Source of the DNA: Octopus vulgaris
Taxonomy: Eukaryota
DNA length: 64,000 bases
Direction: 5' to 3'
Assembly (NCBI GenBank): GCA_951406725.2
Contig: OX597816.1
Location: 148,738,001 to 148,802,000 of the forward strand
The first letter of the stretch is position 1. Every line of letters starts with the position of its first letter. This document shows positions 26,730 through 39,477 of this stretch, one piece after another. A model generated the notes under the pieces. That model was not told where the DNA came from. It ran no database searches and saw nothing but the letters and a program-made list of their open reading frames with translations. The position numbers and the translations under genes were made by a program.

Positions 26730-27240
26730 AGTACTAGGAATGTTTCATCTATGAGGACGTACTCCTGTATTTTTTGTCTGAGGGTTAGGTCCTTTGGGTG
26801 CTTGGATAAAATGCGGATGTCAAGTTGACCCAGGTTGCCTCCATGTTGGTCTTTGGCATGTTGGTTGAGTATGGAGGACTGTTTTTGTCGTCATATCGTC
26901 TCAAATATTCATTTAGCCTTTCCGCAATGCTCCTAGATGTCTCCCCTATGTATGTCATGTTCATGTCTTTACAAGCACCTTCTATACATCTTATGCTGTA
27001 GACTACATTTCTGGTTCTACAGTTAATGCCAGGATTAATCCTGCATACCATGCAGTCATCCTTGGTGCATATGGTATTCTCGAAGAGGTACGCCCTACAT
27101 AGTTATGACCTGATGGAGTTCCCTGGCTTTTCAACAATCTTCATGTTGAGTTTGGTCTCCTTCAGAGCTTTCCTAAATCTACGGGCTAGTTCTCCATGGG
27201 CTGTGGCCTCTAAAAACATCACTCTTTGATATTTGTTGGT
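26730..27240 (-). mobile_element. Penelope-like GIY-YIG endonuclease fragment
   Basis: CMVCRINPGINCRTRNVVYSIRCIEGACKDMNMTYIGETSRSIAERLNE: VVY..YIGET..R motif. Confidence 0.9.
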
Positions 27241-27384
27241 TTTATACGTGTTCACTCACCGTTTGCTTTGTCACAAGTTCTTTGTCACAAGACTCTCACC
27301 AGACACAACAAAATATGCTTCAACACACGAACTCATATAAAGAATCTTGCAAACCAAATCCCAAAATGAAATATATATATTCTT

Positions 27385-27670
27385 TTATTATTTCACTCTT
27401 TTAATTGTTTCAGTCATTTAACTGCAGCCATTCTGGAGCACCGCCTTTAGTCAAACAAATCGATCCCAGGACTTATTCTTTTTAAGCCTAGTACTTATTC
27501 TATCGGTCACTTTTGCCGAACCGCTAAGTTACGGGGACGTAAACACACCAGCATCGGTTGTCAAGCGACGGGGGGGGGACAAACACAGACACATAAACAT
27601 ATACATTCATTTATACATATATATATATATATATATATACGACGGGCTTCTTTCAGTTTCCGTCTACCAA
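27385..27670 (-). mobile_element. SINE family B, 5'-truncated
   Basis: Reverse complement of family B body from GGTAGACGGAAACTG to AAAAGAG tail. Confidence 0.9.
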
Positions 27671-29761
27671 AGCCTTATCAGTGGATTTGATCCCAGATGC
27701 ACATCACGTTGAATTTTGAAATTTGTGAATGTTGTGGTTTGTGTATTCACCTGATGAAAACGGTTTTTTTAATCATGTAATGTCTCCATTAGTCAATTAA
27801 AAATTCATTGGAAGCAGCTATAGTGAATTGACACATTATTCATCTGTTGTTATTCGTTTATATAATATATATACAGAGAGATAGAGAGAGGGAGGGAGAG
27901 AGGGGGAGAGGGAGAGAGATGTATCTATATATATATGTACATATGTGTGTGTTTGTGTGTGTGCACGTGTGTGTGTGTATTGTTGTTTGTATGTATATAT
28001 GTATGTACATATATCACGTATACATATAACACAAAATATGGCACAAAACACGTTGAAATTTTCAATTTCATAAAAGAATTTTAAAGAAACCTAGCACAGC
28101 TAGTTAAGTAATATTACAAAATAGGTAAAAAAAAAAATTTACGTAAGTGCCATAACCAATTCAACAAATTCGATTGATAAATATCAAGGGAATAAACCAA
28201 ACTAAGTAACTGGCCGAATAATGAGTACTACCAAGTAAAACTTATTGAGTATCTTTGGCTGAAAACCAATTATAAAGAAAGGCAAATAGTCGTGCAGCAA
28301 ATACACTATAAAATAACGTTTGATTAATATTCTGGTAACAACAGCGTCTTCAAACTAACACCAATGCTGACATTTAAAAAAAAAGATAAATGTTACTTCA
28401 GAAAAAGACATATTCTTCAAAAATAGACAAAATTGTAAAAATAGACAAAAAGTAAATTTTTTTTTTTCTTTTAACATGTAAATATTTTCTCAGAAGCCAC
28501 AAAAGAAAATATAGAAAAACTTCGTTGAGAAAAAGAGTGTGAAAGCAAAAAGACACAGACATCAGCTTTTGCTGTATAGATATGTTGCAATTCCACAAAA
28601 AAAAGGCAGAAAGTAAGAAAACTGAATACTTGATAAATACTTTAATATAGCCACATTTCTAACTATTAGCAACTGAAAGTTATCAATACAACTAAATTTT
28701 GTTATTCTATGTAACATAATTATTTAAGGAAAATAACCCTGGATATCTTTTAAAGCTCCAGACTTAACGCGATTGTAAATTTCAATACTATTTAAGAATT
28801 ATAATTGCTTTTTCTCATCTACTTCCCACTTGCTTTCTCCGTTAGATTCTCTGCAGATGTTCAGTTAATTATGTGATTTTTACGTTTCATAGTTTAACTT
28901 GTTCATCAAGACTCTGCAAGTTTTCTTCTTAGCATATGTTAAGGTTAAATCCCTTAGAGAAACATTATGTAAGACATCATTCTGAAAAATCAGTTAATTT
29001 TATATAAATGTATTTGTCTTCTTGTAAAATGGTTTTTAAAATTACTTTACTAGATTACATAGAATTACTTTGAAAATTTAATATGTGCAAAGATAATGGT
29101 TAAAACAGTTTACAGAAAACGGATGACACCTGTTAAAAGTTAGCCGACGACAGAGTTAATAAGAAAGAATATAAATAACAGGCAATATAAATGGTGTTGT
29201 GAATAGATTTCAACATACATTAAATCTTACTTAAGCTGCCGAAAGTCTAACAAGACTTTCAAATAATATAACATAAAGCTAACTTCATCATCACAGATAT
29301 GTAAGTACATAGACATATGCACGTTAAAATTCAAAAGAATTTCATAAGATGAAGTATAGTTTGTTGTTGATAGTACAATTTCTTGCCATAATAGTCATTT
29401 GTTTTACATTTTTCTTTCATAATTTCCAGACAAATATTTTAAAATCATTATAAAGTATAAATAAAAGACAGACATTATTTCACTTCCATCATCTCAATTT
29501 AAAATCTTTTTTCATCTATTTAGTATTATGACTCTTCTGCATTTTGATTTAATTCTCTGTCGTTTTACATGGTAAAGGCTATTATATTCTTATTTAGTTT
29601 GCTATCTAAAATGCTTCAAAGTTACGTAGTAAGATGGATTTTCTTGGTTACAATTTTACATGTGTCTGCGTGTGTGTGCGTGCGTGTGTGTGCGTGCGTG
29701 TGTGCGTGTGCGTGCGTGTGTGTATCACTGTATCAACCAGGCTATCTGATGTTCTTATACA

Positions 29762-29930
29762 CTGCTGCTCACAACGCGCTTCCTTGCATTGTCATACCAT
29801 TCACATGATACAACCCTTCTGGCAAACTGCGTTATGAAGTGTTTTGTTCAAGAACACAACACAATGCTGGTATAGGAACCAACTTATGACCTCGCGATTA
29901 TGAGTGCAATACCTTAAACATTAGGCTACG
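29762..29930 (-). mobile_element. SINE family C, diverged
   Basis: GTGTTTTGTTCAAGAACACAACACAATG..ATGACCTCGCGAT matches the reverse complement of the 55856 head. Confidence 0.6.
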
Positions 29931-30049
29931 CATATTCACTAATATGTATGTGTATACATATATATATACGTGTGTGTGTGTAGGTAGGTATATATATGTA
30001 TGTATATAAACATATATGTGTGTGTTTGTGTGTCTATGTGTATGTGTAT

Positions 30050-30222
30050 GATTTCTACCGTTCCAGTGATGGCTTGGATCTGTAGCCTTCGAATTAGTTT
30101 TCGAATCAGCTTTCTCCTTTCTGGTTTCAAGAAGCCTAACTTCTCAAGGTTGGTAGATAGGCAGTGTGTCACATATCCCAGTGCCCCAATAATCACAGGT
30201 ATAAACCTGAACTTGTAATCTG
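30050..30222 (-). mobile_element. 3' fragment of an RLE-type LINE (R4/Dong-like) embedded in microsatellite
   Basis: [44 protein letters not shown]; PVIIGALG is typical of the endonuclease C-terminus. Confidence 0.7.
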
Positions 30223-30224
30223 TC

Positions 30225-30387
30225 TGTATGTATGTATGTATGTATGTATGTATGTATGTAGGTATGTAGGTATGTATGTATGTATGTATGTATGTAGGTA
30301 GGTAGGTAGGTAGGTAGGTAGGTAGGTAGGTAGGTAGGTAGGTAGGTAGGTATGTATGTATGTATGTATGTATGTATGTATGTATGT
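30225..30387. repeat. (TATG)n/(TAGG)n microsatellite
   Basis: Directly visible. Confidence 0.95.
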
Positions 30388-30489
30388 GAACACGCACCAC
30401 TCATATGCACATATGCAGAATTTTATCATTGTTGTGGTATAAATATGCCGATATGTGTATATTTGTATAAAGTTATATGTAGGTATATA

Positions 30490-30716
30490 TATTTCTTTAC
30501 TACCCACAAGGGGCTAAACACAGAGGGGACAAACAAGGACAAAAGGATTAAGTCGATTACAGCAACCCCAGTGCGTAACTGGTACATAATTTATCGACCC
30601 CGGAAGGATGAAAGGCAAAGTCGACCTCGGCGGAATTTGAACTCGGAACGTAACGACAGACGAAATACGGCTACGCATTTCGCCCGGCGTGCTAACGTTT
30701 CTGCCAGCTCGCCGCC
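30490..30716 (-). mobile_element. SINE family A, full unit
   Basis: Near-identical to 2451-2682. Confidence 0.92.
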
Positions 30717-30881
30717 ATGTAGGTATATATGTCTATATATGTGTGTGCGCGTATCTTTTTTGTGTGTGTATGTATATGTATATGTATATGCGTGTATGTA
30801 TGTATTTGCGTATGTATGTGTGTGTATATATATATATGTATGTACATATATATATATATATATGTATGTATGTATGTATGT

Positions 30882-30929
<48 letters not shown>

Positions 30930-30935
<6 letters not shown>

Positions 30936-31600
30936 GGGAATAAATCCAAACTTACAGGGAAAAATTAGATTTAGGATTAAATCCAATTTTATAGTATAAA
31001 TATATTATATTATATTATATTAAATTAGAGATAAAACCACTATTAGGCAAATCAAACAGTGAAAAACATAAGCCAATACATAAAATTAATTTAAAGATAT
31101 GAAAGTTAAAAATAAAAAATTATTTAAATAATTTAAACTTATAAATTTTATATATATATACAAATATATATAAATATGTATGTATATTTTTATATTTATA
31201 TATTATTTTATTTATTAATTTTTTTTTTAAATATCAAAAGTATTAAAAGTTTAATAAAAAATAAAGAGTAAAACACTACGATCGTTTCATGGCTGTACCA
31301 ATTCGAATAACAATAATTTAAATTCAATTAATAATTCGAGTTATGGTTACAGTCAATCTTCAGGTTAATTGAAATATTTTTTAAATAATCAGAAATATTT
31401 AAACAATATTTTTAAGATATAAATAATATAATAATTTTACTTATAATAAACTCTATTATCAAACTAGAAACTTAAAACTTAACAATTATGATTATATCAA
31501 AATCGATTATAATGTTAAATATTAATTTTAATTTATAAGGTAGGAAACCCACCAATAATCTAATATCGGTAATAGTCTTTATCTAATTACATAAATATTT
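30930..31600 (-). mobile_element. AT-rich PLE-type terminal repeat with hammerhead-like motif at 31272-31368
   Basis: Minus strand CTGAAGA-TTGACTGTAACC..GGTACAGCCAT-GAAAC-GATC-GTA; segment AATTAGAGATAAAACCACTATTAGGCAAATCAAACAGTGAAAAACATA also at ~21177-21224. Confidence 0.6.
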
Positions 31601-31805
31601 TTTTTAAAATATATATATGGATGTGTATTTGTGCCTGCACGTAATTTTATTGAGGTAATGACAATACAATTTTATAAAGTTACCAAGAAAATAAGTGGTT
31701 TCATTGCTGGCATGAATCTTTGTTCTCTGTAAGTTGAACAGTGGAAAAGCTATTAATAATCAAGTGCTTATGGGGTGATGTGGGTGTGAGTATGTATGGG
31801 TATAC

Positions 31806-31836
<31 letters not shown>

Positions 31837-31884
31837 TGTATGTATGTATGTATGTATGTATGTATGTATGTATGTATGTATGCT

Positions 31885-32330
31885 TGCTTGGTGAGGAGGG
31901 TGTTTATTGGACACCCCGCGGGATGAAAAACAAAACCCGTCAAAGGGCGGAGGAACTCTTGAGAGTCAACGGCCATCCAATAAATGTCTTAAGGCTGTAT
32001 AATGCGCGGGGACATAGAAATAATCGGACTGAATACCCGATCGCGCGGTTAAACCATTGGGAGTGAAGGACTCCTAGCCTTTGTTAGGGCATCCTTCTAG
32101 GAGAAGGTAACTCAGGAAACTGGGATAACTCCGACATAAAACCTGCGGCTCAGTGGTTACCGATGATGTTGACTTGTTCTTCTTTTCGGATTATGGCTGC
32201 TGTTGCTTAGTGAGAGGGATTGACTCAATGCGCAGCCTTTCCTCACTGTAAAAAAAATCTTCTTGCACGATAACAACATTGATTAAGCTCCGTGCAATGG
32301 CCATACTCGATAACGAGGGGGCAGCCACCA
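31885..32330 (+). mobile_element. GC-richer interspersed element inserted within a (TATG)n array
   Basis: Abrupt composition change, flanked both sides by TATG repeats; TAGGGCATCCTTCTAGGAGAAGG resembles RTE-type 5' UTR sequence (recalled, not verified). Confidence 0.45.
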
Positions 32331-32399
32331 TGTATGTATGTATGTATGTATCGTCAATAGTTTATATCTCCGAAAAAGAAGCATACTCGAAAACATTCG

Positions 32400-33010
32400 A
32401 GCAGTAATATATATTCCTTAGGAAGTTGATTGTTATGACTGGTCAGAAAGTGACCATTGGTTTCGCACTTATAAGGGTTTAGCCGTAATGGGGACACGTC
32501 AGATTTAAATGGCTGTAGACGCATTGCCTCTCAGCAGCCGGGAGGGAAGGAGACGTCATGGTCAGTTAGTTTTGTAAACAAAAAATATACATCCAGAGTG
32601 GCCGTGCAGAAAGTGTTTCAGGCGGGACGAGGTTACCCACTCTTACCCATCGATTCCAACCGTGACAATATTCAAAGATACTCTCGCAGTTCTACTCGGT
32701 GAATAGGGAATTCCAAGCTTGTAATAGGAAACATCTCAGATGAGGACATTGATTAAATACTTCTTTCCTGGAGTTTTAAAAGAACCCCGCCCCCATTCAA
32801 GCGTGCTTTTAGGATTCTTGCTTCTCGGCCACGCAAAGCTTACATCATTTGCTCCCAGTTATATAAATTCCCGATTGTTCAAGGAGCATCCATTTAACTA
32901 TGCACAGTGTGCCCTTCTCTTTTAAGCGTTATATGTAGCTGCTCAAGGACGAGACGTTGCGCCTTTCCGATATTTTAAAAGAGTACTTGTGACTCTTCAG
33001 ACGTTGTTCA
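32400..33010 (-). mobile_element. Penelope-like 3' end: GIY-YIG C-terminal half followed by degenerate hammerhead (32447-32506)
   Basis: EQRLKSHKYSF..SSLSSYI*RLKEKG..VKWMLLEQ..GSK*CKLCVAEK; downstream CTGACGT..GAAAC-CAATG-GTC. Confidence 0.75.
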
Positions 33011-33030
33011 AATATGTGTAAACACGTGTG

Positions 33031-33065
<35 letters not shown>

Positions 33066-33079
33066 CTATATATGTAGTT

Positions 33080-33268
33080 TAAATTTACAGAAAAACAAAA
33101 TACGAAGACAGGTGTATAAACAAGAAACAGGTGTATTAGTTTAACGCTCGGGAAGGTGAGAAAATATTTTACGTTTCGAGCCTACGCTCTTCAACAGTAA
33201 GTAACACGATGAAATAAACAGAGAGTGAATAAAAAATCTTTTGGAGCTAGCGGTCAATCATGGCAGAT
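33080..33268 (-). mobile_element. Short PLE-type terminal repeat with minimal hammerhead-like motif (33167-33200)
   Basis: CTGTTGA-A-GAGC-GTAG-GCTC-GAAAC-GTA; related fragment at ~58050-58130 on plus. Confidence 0.55.
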
Positions 33269-33325
33269 ATATATGTATTTATTTAAATATATATGTATGT
33301 CTCTGTATATATATATATATATATA

Positions 33326-33552
33326 TTCTTTTATTCTTTTACATGTTTCAGTCATTTGACTATGGCCATGGTGGAGCACCGCCTAGAAGGTTTTTTAGTA
33401 GAACGAATCGACCCCAGGACTTACTCATTGCAAGCCTATTACTTATTTTATCGGTCTCTTTTGGAGGCCCGATAAGTTACGGAGACATAAACACAACACC
33501 ACCGGTTGTCAAGTGATGGTGAGGGGACAAACATAGACACAAAGACACAAAG
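33326..33552 (-). mobile_element. SINE family B, 3' half
   Basis: Reverse complement of family B body. Confidence 0.85.
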
Positions 33553-33572
33553 ACATTAATACATATATATAT

Positions 33573-33980
33573 AGGCGCAGGAGTGGCTGTGTGGTAAGTA
33601 GCTTGTTTACCAACCACACGGTTCCGGGTTCAGCCCACTGCGTGGCACCTTGGGCAAGTGTCTTCTACTGTAACCTCGGGCCGACCAAAGCCTTGTGAGT
33701 GGATTTGGTAGACGGAAACTGAAAGAAGCCCGTCGTATATATGTATATATGTGTGTGTGTTTGTGTGTCTGTGTTTGTCCCTCTAGCATTGCTTGACAAC
33801 CGGTGCTGGTGTGTTTACGTCCCCGTTACTTAGCGGTTCGGCAAAAGAGACTGATAGAATAAGTACTAGGCTTACAAAGAATAAGTCCTGGGGTCGATTT
33901 GCTCGACTAAAAAAAAGGCGGTGCTCCAGCATGGCCACAGTCAAATGACTGAAACCAGTAAAAGAGTAAAGAGTAAAGAG
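33573..33980 (+). mobile_element. SINE family B, full length
   Basis: GGCGCAGGAGTGGCTGTGTGGTAAG (A-box-like), GGGTTCAGCCC (B-box-like), CCTTGGGCAAGT, internal (TA)/(TG) tract, (GTAAAGA)n tail. Confidence 0.92.
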
Positions 33981-33992
33981 TATATATATATA

Positions 33993-35263
33993 CGAGGGAC
34001 GTTCAATAAGTAATGCCTCTGACCCACTTCCAGGTGTTTGATCTAGTTGCATGTGCAATTACTTATATCTCTATAGATTAGGTGGCAAATTACAGCTCTG
34101 AACTAATTATAGTTTCTGATTTACAGGTGTTTGAACTGAGTCAAGTGTGAAATGGAGCCTGTTGAGCGTCGAGCAGTGATCCGGTTTTTGTATTTGAAAG
34201 GACTCACACCACGGGAGACTTTTGATGAAATGAAAGTAACTTATGGTGATGATGCCCCATCATATGACCTTGTAAAACGCTGGCATCGTGAGTTCAAACA
34301 TGGTCGGAACTCTGTGGAAACAGCTCCCAGATCTGGTCGACCCCCTTCTGCCATTGATGAGGCATCTGTCCGTCAAGTTAAGGCTGCCCTTTTGGAAGAT
34401 CGACGCATAACTATTCGCCAAATAGCCCATGAGGTCAAGATTAGTACCGGGTCAGTGGAAACTATCATTCATGACCATTTGCATATGCAAAAGGTGTCTG
34501 CCAGATGGATTCCCAGGTTGCTCACGCCTTTCCAGAAGCAAGAACGCGTCGAGTGCTCGAGGATGAATTTGGAGACGTACCAAAGACTGATTACACAGGA
34601 TGAAACCTGGGTCCATCACTATGATCCAGAGACCAAAGCCCAGTCAATGCAGTGGAAGCACCGTGACTCACCTCCTCCAAAGAAGGCAAGGGTGCAGCCC
34701 TCTGCTGGCAAGGTCATGCTCACAGTCTTCTGGGACCAGGACGGAGTAGTGATGACAGATTTCCTGGCAAAGGGTACCACAATTACAGGAGCCTATTATG
34801 CTTCACTTTTGAGGAAATTAAGAGAAGCTATCAAAAGCTATCAAAATCAAGAGGCGGGGCAAGATCAGCGAAGGCATCCTCCTCCTGCAGGACAACGCTC
34901 CGGTCCACAACTCGCGTGTCGCCAGATCAGAAGCACAGACGTACGGCTATGAACTCCTCCCCCACCCCCCTACTCTCCTGACCTTGCACCCTCTGATTTT
35001 CACCTCTTCCCAGCCATGAAGTTGTTTTTTGAAAGGAAAGCATTTCCCAGATGATGCAGCCTTGATTTCTAAAGTCACGTCGTGGATGGAGGACCAAGCT
35101 GGGGTCTTTTACAAAAACGGTCTCCAGAGCAGGATCAAACGATGGGAGAAATGCGTAACTCTGAGTGGTTCCTATGTAGAAAAAGACTAATAACTGTGCC
35201 AAGTTCCGTTGCTCTACTGGTATGGGAAGTGGGTCAGGGGCATTACTTATTGAACGCCCCTCG
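33993..35263 (+). mobile_element. Near full-length mariner transposon (DD34D type), TA-flanked
   Basis: ~38-bp TIRs CGAGGGACGTTCAATAAGTAATGCCTCTGACCCACTTCC / GGAAGTGGGTCAGGGGCATTACTTATTGAACGCCCCTCG; TA at 33991-33992 and 35264-35265. Confidence 0.96.
34152..35190 (+). pseudogene. Mariner transposase, frameshifted
   Basis: HTH N-terminus, WIPRLL, TQDETWVHHY, LLQDNAPVH, YSPDLAPSDFHLF; disrupted by a 10-bp duplication (AAGCTATCAA at 34825-34844) and homopolymer indels. Confidence 0.93.
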
Positions 35264-35305
35264 TATATATATATATATGTCTGTGTGTGTGTATACATAT
35301 ATATA

Positions 35306-35345
<40 letters not shown>

Positions 35346-35390
35346 AGAGTATTGTAGTTCGCTTGAAGCATTGTGCATTGTTTGCAAAAT

Positions 35391-35648
35391 ATAATGTGTC
35401 TTGAATGGCACAACAATGCACTATAATAACTGTTATAATTTAATCATCTATAGTCTGAGATTTTTCCAAATATTTTGCAATACAAAGAAAAACTATTATA
35501 GCAGTAACTCGATCAATTCCTCGGGATATCTGAAGAAGGAATTTTGTATTCCGAAATATTATATCAGACTACGGATAATTAAATTATAACGGTTATTATA
35601 GTCCAATGTTGTTATTATAGTGCATTGTTATGCCATTCAAGACATTAT
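35391..35648. mobile_element. Foldback/MITE-like element with long terminal inverted repeats
   Basis: TGTCTTGAATGGCACAACAATGCACTATAATAAC vs GTTATTATAGTGCATTGTTATGCCATTCAAGACA. Confidence 0.7.
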
Positions 35649-35649
35649 G

Positions 35650-35682
<33 letters not shown>

Positions 35683-35685
<3 letters not shown>

Positions 35686-35848
35686 GACGGGCTTCTTTCA
35701 GTTTCCGTCTACCAAATCCACTCACAAGGCTTTGGTCGACCCGAGGCTACAGAAGTAGACAATATCTTAAGGTGTCACGCAGTATAACTGAACTGGAACC
35801 ATGTGGTTGGAAAGCAAGTTTTTTTTACCACAGAGTTACGCCCGCGGC
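35683..35848 (-). mobile_element. SINE family B, 5' half
   Basis: ACGACGGGCTTCTTTCAGTTTCCGTCTACCAAATCCACTCACAAGG. Confidence 0.85.
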
Positions 35849-36599
35849 TATGTATATAAGAAGCAGCAAGAAGCTATAAGATTACGTAAAACCACTCAGC
35901 TCTGTGTGCACAACATCTTATAGAAGAAACATAAAGTTTATTTTTATAATTTCCTGTTCTGTGTCATTTATTTGATTCATTATACTCTGTACTCGACTAA
36001 CGCGCTATCCTGAAGCATATGTCTATTGAGTTCTAACAACAGATTATTGTTATCGCTATGCCTATGCGAAATGTGTGTGTGCACGCACACGCGAACACAC
36101 ATACACACATATTTGAGTGAGTGGACAGACGAATGGTAGTGACACTGAGTACATTTGATAGGAGTTACACATATTTCTATTAGCATTGTAACAGTTGAAA
36201 ACTTCGTGAGCGCGTAGCGCACGTCCATTCCATTAGATGTTAGAAGTGTGAAAAATTCGAGAAAAATGCAAGACGGTTTTTATGTGTTAAATCTCTATTG
36301 ATCAACTCAAATCACGTAGTATAAATGTTGGGAAAGCAACAACTGCTATTTTCTTTACTGTATGAACCACGGGGTCAGATAGGCTGTTGGAAAGATACTG
36401 GCACCAATTTGGCTGTAAACTGCGATGTAATGTATTCAGTGACGCCATTTTCTTGTATTGTACAGTAAATGGTAGAGTGAGATGGTGCGACTACATAGCT
36501 CAGTCATCGTTAAGAGGCCAATCAACAAAATGGCGACAACAGTCTTAACGTGTAAGTAACCAATTTTGATGGTGTCGGGTTACAACTGAGGTTGTGTGA

Positions 36600-37080
36600 T
36601 CAGCATGGCGTAGGGGCTATAGTCTATATGAGTGAGAAGGATTAAATATACCGCCCTTGTATATGGGACAGCTTAGTTTAGGGTGATATATCCGGATTGC
36701 CATTTACCAGTGTATTGAAGTTCATTAACAGGACGCTTATAATAGCTATATATTCTAGGGAAATGTTATATTTTTTTTAATTAGCGTCAGTAATTCTTGA
36801 GTGTGTCATTTGGAATTTTTAGGTTGCATGGAGGATTGAACCAAATTATCTTTTTCTGAATCGCTTGTGAATTCACTCCTCGTTAATGCCTTGTTATAGA
36901 CAGATGCGGTCTTGTTGAAGATCTCTCTATCCGCTGATACATTAGAATTTCTTCTGCTTATGTCTGTGACTAGATTTATAATTGCAGTTGAGAGGGTTGG
37001 TACTTTCTGTCGAGTAACACTTGCTCATATTCAAGGTCGACATCCTGGACGTAACCCTATACTTGAGGACAACTAAGTAC
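36600..37080 (-). mobile_element. Penelope-like RT-thumb/linker relic
   Basis: ISRRNSNVSADREIFNKTASVYNKALTRS..KIIWFNPPCN, homologous to 13670-14150. Confidence 0.65.
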
Positions 37081-37099
37081 TATCTTTGTTAAGAATTTG

Positions 37100-37320
37100 A
37101 TATATGATTGTATTATCAATGATTAGTTTTTGTATCTAATTTTGTTTTGTTGTGTGTCGTATAGTAAGTTGTGAGTGCTCCTTGTTGTAAATGTACGGTA
37201 AGCCTACGAGAGAATATTGTACTAGTATGGCGAATATAACATCAGGAGTCCTGAAGTTAACAGCTTTCAAATCCACAATCAAATCTGTAGATCACAGTTG
37301 TCAATAGTAGCTTGTTTTCG
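37100..37320 (-). mobile_element. Penelope-like GIY-YIG relic
   Basis: VIYRFDCGFESC..YIRHTSTIFSRRLTVHLQQGAL. Confidence 0.65.
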
Positions 37321-37398
37321 GGTCTACATGCCGATAGTATGTCATACATATGAAGATTTATCTTTCTGTAGTTTTAGTATATGATAAAATGTGATGTA

Positions 37399-37936
37399 TT
37401 GGGTTGTCCGGAAAATTCGTGCCGATTTATAGTAGCCTACCTTTCGACTTATTTTAGAACATGGTTGAGTCCATAAAATAGGATTTGACTACACCCTCAT
37501 TTTGAGCACGGTTTAAGCTATCTTTTCGTGGAAGAAGGTTTATGTTCCTATAACCTGTGTTAATTTTGTAACCCTTTAAAATGGAAGATAAGAAAGTTCA
37601 TTTTCGGCACTTGATGCTTTGGGAACCAGACAAAAATTGCTGTGGCTCGGCTGGGAGGTGTTACCCCACCCTCCATATTCACCAGATATTGCTCCTTCGG
37701 AATTCCACTTATTCAGGTCTCTGCAGAATAGCCTTAATCATAAAAATTTCAATTCCTTGGATGACGTAAAAAGATACCTCGATTCTGGGAAGGGAGTATT
37801 TTCAAGTTAAAGGAAAGATGGAGACGCATTGTGCAACAAAATGGTTCATATTTGGTTGATTAAAAATGTAATGGCAAATATTTATTGACCTTTTTCTTTC
37901 CTTTAAAAATCGGCACGAACTTTCCGGACAATCCAA
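37399..37936 (+). mobile_element. Internally deleted (non-autonomous) mariner
   Basis: TIRs TTGGGTTGTCCGGAAAATTCGTGCCGATTT / AAATCGGCACGAACTTTCCGGACAATCCAA, TA flanks; MEDKKVHFRHLMLWE joined directly to LGWEVLPHPPYSPDIAPSEFHLFRSLQN. Confidence 0.93.
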
Positions 37937-38630
37937 TATTTTGGTCATCTGCCGATCTTTATTCAACTATTGAATTCAAGTCACTAATGCAAGTTAACAT
38001 TACATTCATCCTTTTGACAATACTGCTGCTTATGTAGCCGGCCTGTTTACTATACAACTGTTAATGTAGCTGAGGCAGCTCACTGTAGAGCTGATGTAGA
38101 TTAAGCTTTCGAAATTTATTGATCTTCACCATGGTTATGACGTGTTATAACAATCACCTACCTCTTCCTAACTCGAACTATTAAACTATTTGCTCTTAAC
38201 AGTTCACTGTTTTTCCTACACCAAAAATGAAAGTAGAGAAACTTATCTAATCGAAACCAAAAAATAAAAACCATATTCAGCAATCCAAATCTAAGTGTCA
38301 TATTTCTTCTTTGTTCATCGCCATATCCTCTCTGTTGCGAGGTTATAAACTTGTCTCTACGACCACAATCACTTATGACAAATAATATCAGAAATTAACT
38401 CTTTAGCTTTCGGCTATAAATCATAAGCGCTACAACCTGTCTTCTTGCCGACAGTTCATTGATTATCTGACTAATGACACGACACGACTATATAATAATC
38501 TATACTCATTGGCCAAATATAAAAAGACAACGAATGGCAAATATGATTAAATACAGATAAAGAGAATTTATATTTACTACACGCATAGATATATAAACTG
38601 AAAGAAAGAGACACAGAGAGAGACAGGCCG

Positions 38631-38670
<40 letters not shown>

Positions 38671-39008
38671 CACACAAACACAAACACACACACACATATG
38701 TAATAAACGAGAGCCACAGAAAGAATGAGATACAAGAACATATGATCGAAGATACCAGCAATTCAAAAATACAAGGCAAGGGTAAGTATATTTGTATTTC
38801 GACTTTTGTCTTAATAGATGAAACTCGAAACATATTAGTCTTTTTGGAAGGAAATGTTGAAATATATGTATGTATATAACAATTACCAAACGGCAACTGA
38901 GAGCAGCTCCATATGAGAAGGGAAGATAATTTTAACAATCAAGAATTCTCCAAAGTTGGCATGCTATAAGGAAAAAACGGGCTAAATTGTCCGGAGAGAA
39001 GAGAACAT

Positions 39009-39051
39009 TTGCGGACATGCGTTTCTACCTCAATAGGTGTCATCAGCATGG
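39009..39051 (-). ncRNA. Minimal type I hammerhead-like motif, stem I degenerate
   Basis: CTGATGA-C-ACCT-ATTG-AGGT-A-GAAAC-GCAT-GTC. Confidence 0.6.
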
Positions 39052-39422
39052 AATGGTTTTCCTCAGTAACCAAGAGAATCAGATATCTGCAAAAAAAAAA
39101 GAGTAGAACACAATTTTGGTCTTGCCTCGCGGCATGTATGAGAACATGGACAAATGCAAGTATATCAAATACCATACACATCCTCTGGAGGATGTGACAC
39201 AATTGCCAAAACCCAACTGAGACCAAATAGTATTGACATTTGGAAACTGTGCCAACCTCTTGAGGTGAAGTTAATTTTAATAAATCATGAATTTATGTTG
39301 TATGGTATTTGATATACCTATATTTGTCCACGTTGTTTATGTACATGCCACTGGCTTCTCTGAGGTATATCTCTTAGATAATTTTCGTTCAAAATATGAG
39401 TGTGTGCGTGTGCGTTTGTGCT

Positions 39423-39464
<42 letters not shown>

Positions 39465-39477
39465 TGAGTGTGTATAT

